This document shows, piece after piece, positions 60,787-64,000 of a stretch of 64,000 bases of DNA. A program made the translations under genes and the position numbers. Every line of letters begins with the position of its first letter. Within the stretch, counting starts at the first letter, position 1. The stretch lies in contig CBDFIW010000003.1 of assembly GCA_965248255.1 (NCBI GenBank), forward strand, positions 545,239 to 609,238, in the 5' to 3' direction. Source of the stretch: Bryobacterales bacterium. Lineage in GTDB: Bacteria; Acidobacteriota; Terriglobia; Bryobacterales; UBA6623. The notes below the pieces were generated by a model. That model searched no databases. It saw only the letters and a program-made list of their open reading frames with translations, and was not told the origin of the DNA.

Positions 60787-60850
60787 TCGCAATCTCGTTG
60801 GCGCTGTCCTCAGCTCGATACAGGTCCAACTGTTGCGGCTGGACCGGGGA

Positions 60851-62080
60851 CTACAACTCCAGTCCGTCGCGCATGCGCGCTGTCGGCATGTCGGCCAACT
60901 CACCCAACCAGTTGGCAGCCATGGAAGCCGCCTCGTCGCCGACCTGCCGAATCGCCTCGACGTGCGACGCACCCTGGCGGGAGCGCTCGTAGTCTCGGAC
61001 AAAGACCTCGGGCGGCGGTGGGCTCTCGGGTCTCGAAGTCACGATCTCCTCGATCTGCTCCCGGTTCTTCAACAGCAGCCGATGCCCACCGTGAAAATGC
61101 GCCGCCGCTTCCCCGCCCGATGCCGACGACTTCTCGATTGACCGCTCCAACCTGTCGACGATCCTGCCGAGCCGCTTGGCCCGCTCGGCGATGTGCCGCC
61201 GGATCTGCTCCCGCGCCGCCCCGTAGAGCGCTTTGTCGTGATCGTCGGCGAACGGCATCCGCACATGCTCGTACCACGCATCCAGCGCGTGCAGGTTCCC
61301 GGCCAGTTTCGCCGTGGCGAGGAACTTCCGCTTCACCCCGCCGTAGATCTCGCGATCGAAATCATCGGTGCGCTGCGTCTCCGCCGACTCGAACTGCACG
61401 CAATCCGCACCGACGTCCTTGCGAACAATCGACCCCGCCGCCACGACCGCGCCAAACTCGACGTGCCGCGGCCCCACCAACCCGCAGTGCCCCCCGATGA
61501 AAACCGGCGCCGACCGCAACAGCACACCCCGCACGTCACCGATCAGGCTGCTCCACTTATCCCCGCGCGGATCGAAGTTGAAGTGGATCACGCCCGAACC
61601 CACCTCGCTGTGGTCGTCGCGCGAGGTCCCGCCGCTCATGAAGATGTCGCAGAAGTTGATCAGCGAGCCCGTGACGACCGTTGCGGTCAAGATGGTGTTC
61701 TTGAAAGCGACGCTGTGAGCAGCTTCGGTCTGCTCTTCAAGCAAGGTGCCTTCGCGCAGCTCGGCGAAGCCGCGTACGCGGGCCCCATCGAGGAGCGTGG
61801 CGTGTTCGTAGGAGCCCGCCCCCAGCTCGACATCGCGGCCGATCTGGCAATCCGCCACGCGCGCGTGACCGGAGACGCCGATCCGCGATCCACGGCCGAT
61901 GTGCAGTTGCGATCCTCTGAGCGCGGTATTCATCAGCACGGCGCCCGGCTCGATGTTCTCGAGCGGCACGTCGGCGGCGACGTAGACCCGCTCGGGCCCC
62001 CACGCGTCCACGCCACGCTCGATCAATCGCTCGACACGTTCGCGATTCCCGGCGTCGTCGTAGGGGGCAGGTCGGGACAC
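60851..62080 (-). CDS. GlmU-like hexapeptide-repeat (left-handed beta-helix) protein lacking the uridyltransferase domain
   Basis: GTLLEEQ..AAHSV..KNTIL, GSLINFCD..MSGGTSRDDHSEVGS and HFNFDPRGDK. Confidence 0.7.
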   Translation of the reverse strand: MSRPAPYDDAGNRERVERLIERGVDAWGPERVYVAADVPLENIEPGAVLMNTALRGSQLHIGRGSRIGVSGHARVADCQIGRDVELGAGSYEHATLLDGARVRGFAELREGTLLEEQTEAAHSVAFKNTILTATVVTGSLINFCDIFMSGGTSRDDHSEVGSGVIHFNFDPRGDKWSSLIGDVRGVLLRSAPVFIGGHCGLVGPRHVEFGAVVAAGSIVRKDVGADCVQFESAETQRTDDFDREIYGGVKRKFLATAKLAGNLHALDAWYEHVRMPFADDHDKALYGAAREQIRRHIAERAKRLGRIVDRLERSIEKSSASGGEAAAHFHGGHRLLLKNREQIEEIVTSRPESPPPPEVFVRDYERSRQGASHVEAIRQVGDEAASMAANWLGELADMPTARMRDGLEL

Positions 62081-62119
62081 TGGATCTTCCGTCTGTATCT
62101 GAGAACTGTGAAGAGTGGA

Positions 62120-62179
62120 TCACGCAAAGACGCAAAGCCCGCCAAGAAAACCTTTGCGTTTCTTTGCGCCTTTGCGTGA
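62120..62179. repeat. Inverted repeat downstream of alaS (terminator-like or REP-like)
   Basis: TCACGCAAAGACGCAAAG pairs with CTTTGCGCCTTTGCGTGA at 17/18 positions. Confidence 0.7.
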
Positions 62180-62201
62180 AATGCTTACGGCGCCGACTCG
62201 G

Positions 62202-64000
62202 CTACGCACCCGCCATCTCGCCGACCAACTCGTAAACCTTCTCCAACGCCGCGGGAACAGCCCCGGTGTTCTTACCGCCGGCCTCGGCCAGGTCGGGACG
62301 CCCACCGCCACGGCCATCGACCGATTGAGCCACGGCTCCTACCAGCTTCCCCGCATGGATCTTCTTCCCGGCAAGGTCTTTCGTCACCGCCGAGATCAGC
62401 GCCACGTTGCCGTTCAACGTACTCGCTAACACCACCACGCCCGAGCCCATCTTGCTGCGTAGCGAATCAGCCAACGACCGCATCTGGTTCCGGTCGAGTC
62501 CCTCGACGCTGGCGGCGACGACCTTGATGCCTTTCACATCGCGCGCGGTCGCTGTCAAATCGGCGGCGCTCGAACCCGCCAGCTTGCTCTTCAGCCGATC
62601 GACTTCTTTCTCCAAAGCTTTGCGCTCGGTGACAAGGCGCTCCACCGAATCCAGCATGTCCGGCTCCGACACGCGCAGCACGGCCGACAGGCGCTCGATC
62701 TTATCGGTAGCCTGCCGGTACTCTTCGTAGGCCCTCAACCCCGTGATCGCCTCCAACCGCCGCACCCCGGACGAGATGCCGCTCTCGGACGTGATCTTGA
62801 ACACTCCGATGTCGCCGGTCCGCGCCACGTGGGTGCCGCCACAGAGCTCTTTGCTGAAGTCGCCGATCCCGACGACCCGCACGTCTTCGCCGTACTTCTC
62901 GCCAAACAGGGCCATGGCGCCGGTCTGGAGTGCCTCGTCCAAGCCGAGAACGTCGGTCGTGACGGGGGTGTTGTTGAGAATCTCTTCGTTTACTAGCCGC
63001 TCGACCTCTTGTTGTTCAGTGTCGTCGACGGCTGCGTAGTGCGTAATGTCGAACCGCAACCTGCCTGGGTCGACGACACTCCCGGCCTGCTTGACGTGGA
63101 TCCCAAGCACCCCGCGCAACGCCGCGTGCATCAAGTGCGTCGCCGTGTGGTTTCGCATCGTCGCACGCCGCAGTCGATCATCGACTCGTCCGGCCACCGT
63201 CTGGCCGACCTGGAGCGGAGCCGTTGCCTTGATTTGGTGCACCGAGAGTCCCCGAACGGGCGCGTACACGTCCAAGACCCGCGCCGCCGTCTCAGACCCG
63301 GAAAGGATCAAGCCGTGGTCGCCCACCTGTCCCCCCGCTTCGGCGTAGAAGGGCGCGCGGTCAAGGATCAGCTCCGCATCAGCTCCGGCGGGAACCTTGT
63401 CGACCGGCTGCCGATCGACAAGCAGGCCGACGATCGTGGCCCCCTCTGTCTCCAGGCTGTCGTAGCCATCGAACGCTGTCGCGTGTTCTTTTCGCAGAGC
63501 CTGATACACCTCGGCGACAGCGGCAGTGTCGCCTCCCTTCCAACTCGCCCGAGCACGTGTGCGCTGCCGGCCCATCTCCGTGTCGAAACCCGGGTGGTCT
63601 ATCGTGAGGCCTCGCTCACCTGCAAGCTCTGTCTGTTCATAGAGTGAGAGGCCAAAGGTGTCGTAAAGCTTGAAGGAAATCTCACCCGGCAGGACACCAT
63701 CGCTGAGCTTGTCGACCGATGACTCGAACATCCTCTCGGCCAAGGCGAAGCTGTGTCGGTAGCGGATTTCCTCTTCCTTGACGACCCGCGCCACGCGCTG
63801 AACCGACTCCATCAGTTCCGGGAAACCCGGCTTCATCAGCTCGGCGGCAAAGCCTGTCATCTCATAGAGAAAGGGCTCGCCTCGGCCCGCGAGGCGTGCG
63901 TGACGCAGGGCACGGCGAATGATCTTCCGCAGCACATAGCCGCGTCCTTCGTTCGAGGGCAGGACACCGTCATGAGCAAGAAACGCGGCCGCGCGGCTGT
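62202..64000 (-). CDS. alaS: Alanine--tRNA ligase, 5'-partial
   Basis: HDGVLPSNEGRGYVLRKIIRRA, NHTATHL, QAGS, ELCGGTH and GRGGGRPDLAEAGG. Confidence 0.98.
   Translation of the reverse strand, partial: SRAAAFLAHDGVLPSNEGRGYVLRKIIRRALRHARLAGRGEPFLYEMTGFAAELMKPGFPELMESVQRVARVVKEEEIRYRHSFALAERMFESSVDKLSDGVLPGEISFKLYDTFGLSLYEQTELAGERGLTIDHPGFDTEMGRQRTRARASWKGGDTAAVAEVYQALRKEHATAFDGYDSLETEGATIVGLLVDRQPVDKVPAGADAELILDRAPFYAEAGGQVGDHGLILSGSETAARVLDVYAPVRGLSVHQIKATAPLQVGQTVAGRVDDRLRRATMRNHTATHLMHAALRGVLGIHVKQAGSVVDPGRLRFDITHYAAVDDTEQQEVERLVNEEILNNTPVTTDVLGLDEALQTGAMALFGEKYGEDVRVVGIGDFSKELCGGTHVARTGDIGVFKITSESGISSGVRRLEAITGLRAYEEYRQATDKIERLSAVLRVSEPDMLDSVERLVTERKALEKEVDRLKSKLAGSSAADLTATARDVKGIKVVAASVEGLDRNQMRSLADSLRSKMGSGVVVLASTLNGNVALISAVTKDLAGKKIHAGKLVGAVAQSVDGRGGGRPDLAEAGGKNTGAVPAALEKVYELVGEMAGA

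Noticed and set aside
2413-63647. Numerous long antisense or alternate-frame ORFs (e.g. 2413-3315, 4844-5746, 6003-7058, 22944-24074, 47105-48067, 60361-61500)
   Set aside because: They are shadow ORFs overlapping well-supported genes in GC-rich DNA, are Arg/Pro/Ala-rich and have no family motifs.
1-64000. CRISPR array, rRNA, tRNA, tmRNA
   Set aside because: I saw no regularly spaced repeat-spacer series, no cloverleaf/T-loop-CCA pattern and no rRNA signatures. The short palindromes are dispersed and REP-like. A covariance-model scan would be decisive.

Overview
GC-rich bacterial chromosome segment, most likely from an acidobacterium. This is inferred from an acidobacterial-type VWA gene, a PadR plus membrane-protein pair and many Tat-signal enzymes. 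Housekeeping genes (rluD, recA, gltBD, nagA, partial alaS) sit among accessory genes. The left end carries a putative N-methylglutamate methylamine-utilisation cluster (glxD-soxD-soxA-soxG-soxB-gmaS) whose alpha subunit keeps its Fe-S cysteine motifs. Five IS630-family insertions lie at (C/T)TAG targets: four near-identical ~1.09-kb copies of one element and one copy of a different element. Removing them by hand restores three genes: a 300-aa secreted TPR-like plus ricin beta-trefoil gene cut twice, a UxaE-like epimerase and a DUF1353-like fragment. Three copies of the repeated IS have an A8 slippery site, while the fourth has A6 and a fused, in-frame transposase. Other oddities are a ~570-bp diverged duplication of two convergent gene ends with reciprocal decay, two 26-28 nt poly-C tracts (one shifting a DHFR-like gene out of frame), an in-frame TGA in a BNR/sialidase-like gene, an orphan AbrB-type antitoxin and several REP-like palindromes. 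I found no rRNA, tRNA or CRISPR array. Single-base indels and homopolymer lengths could be sequencing errors and need read-level checks.
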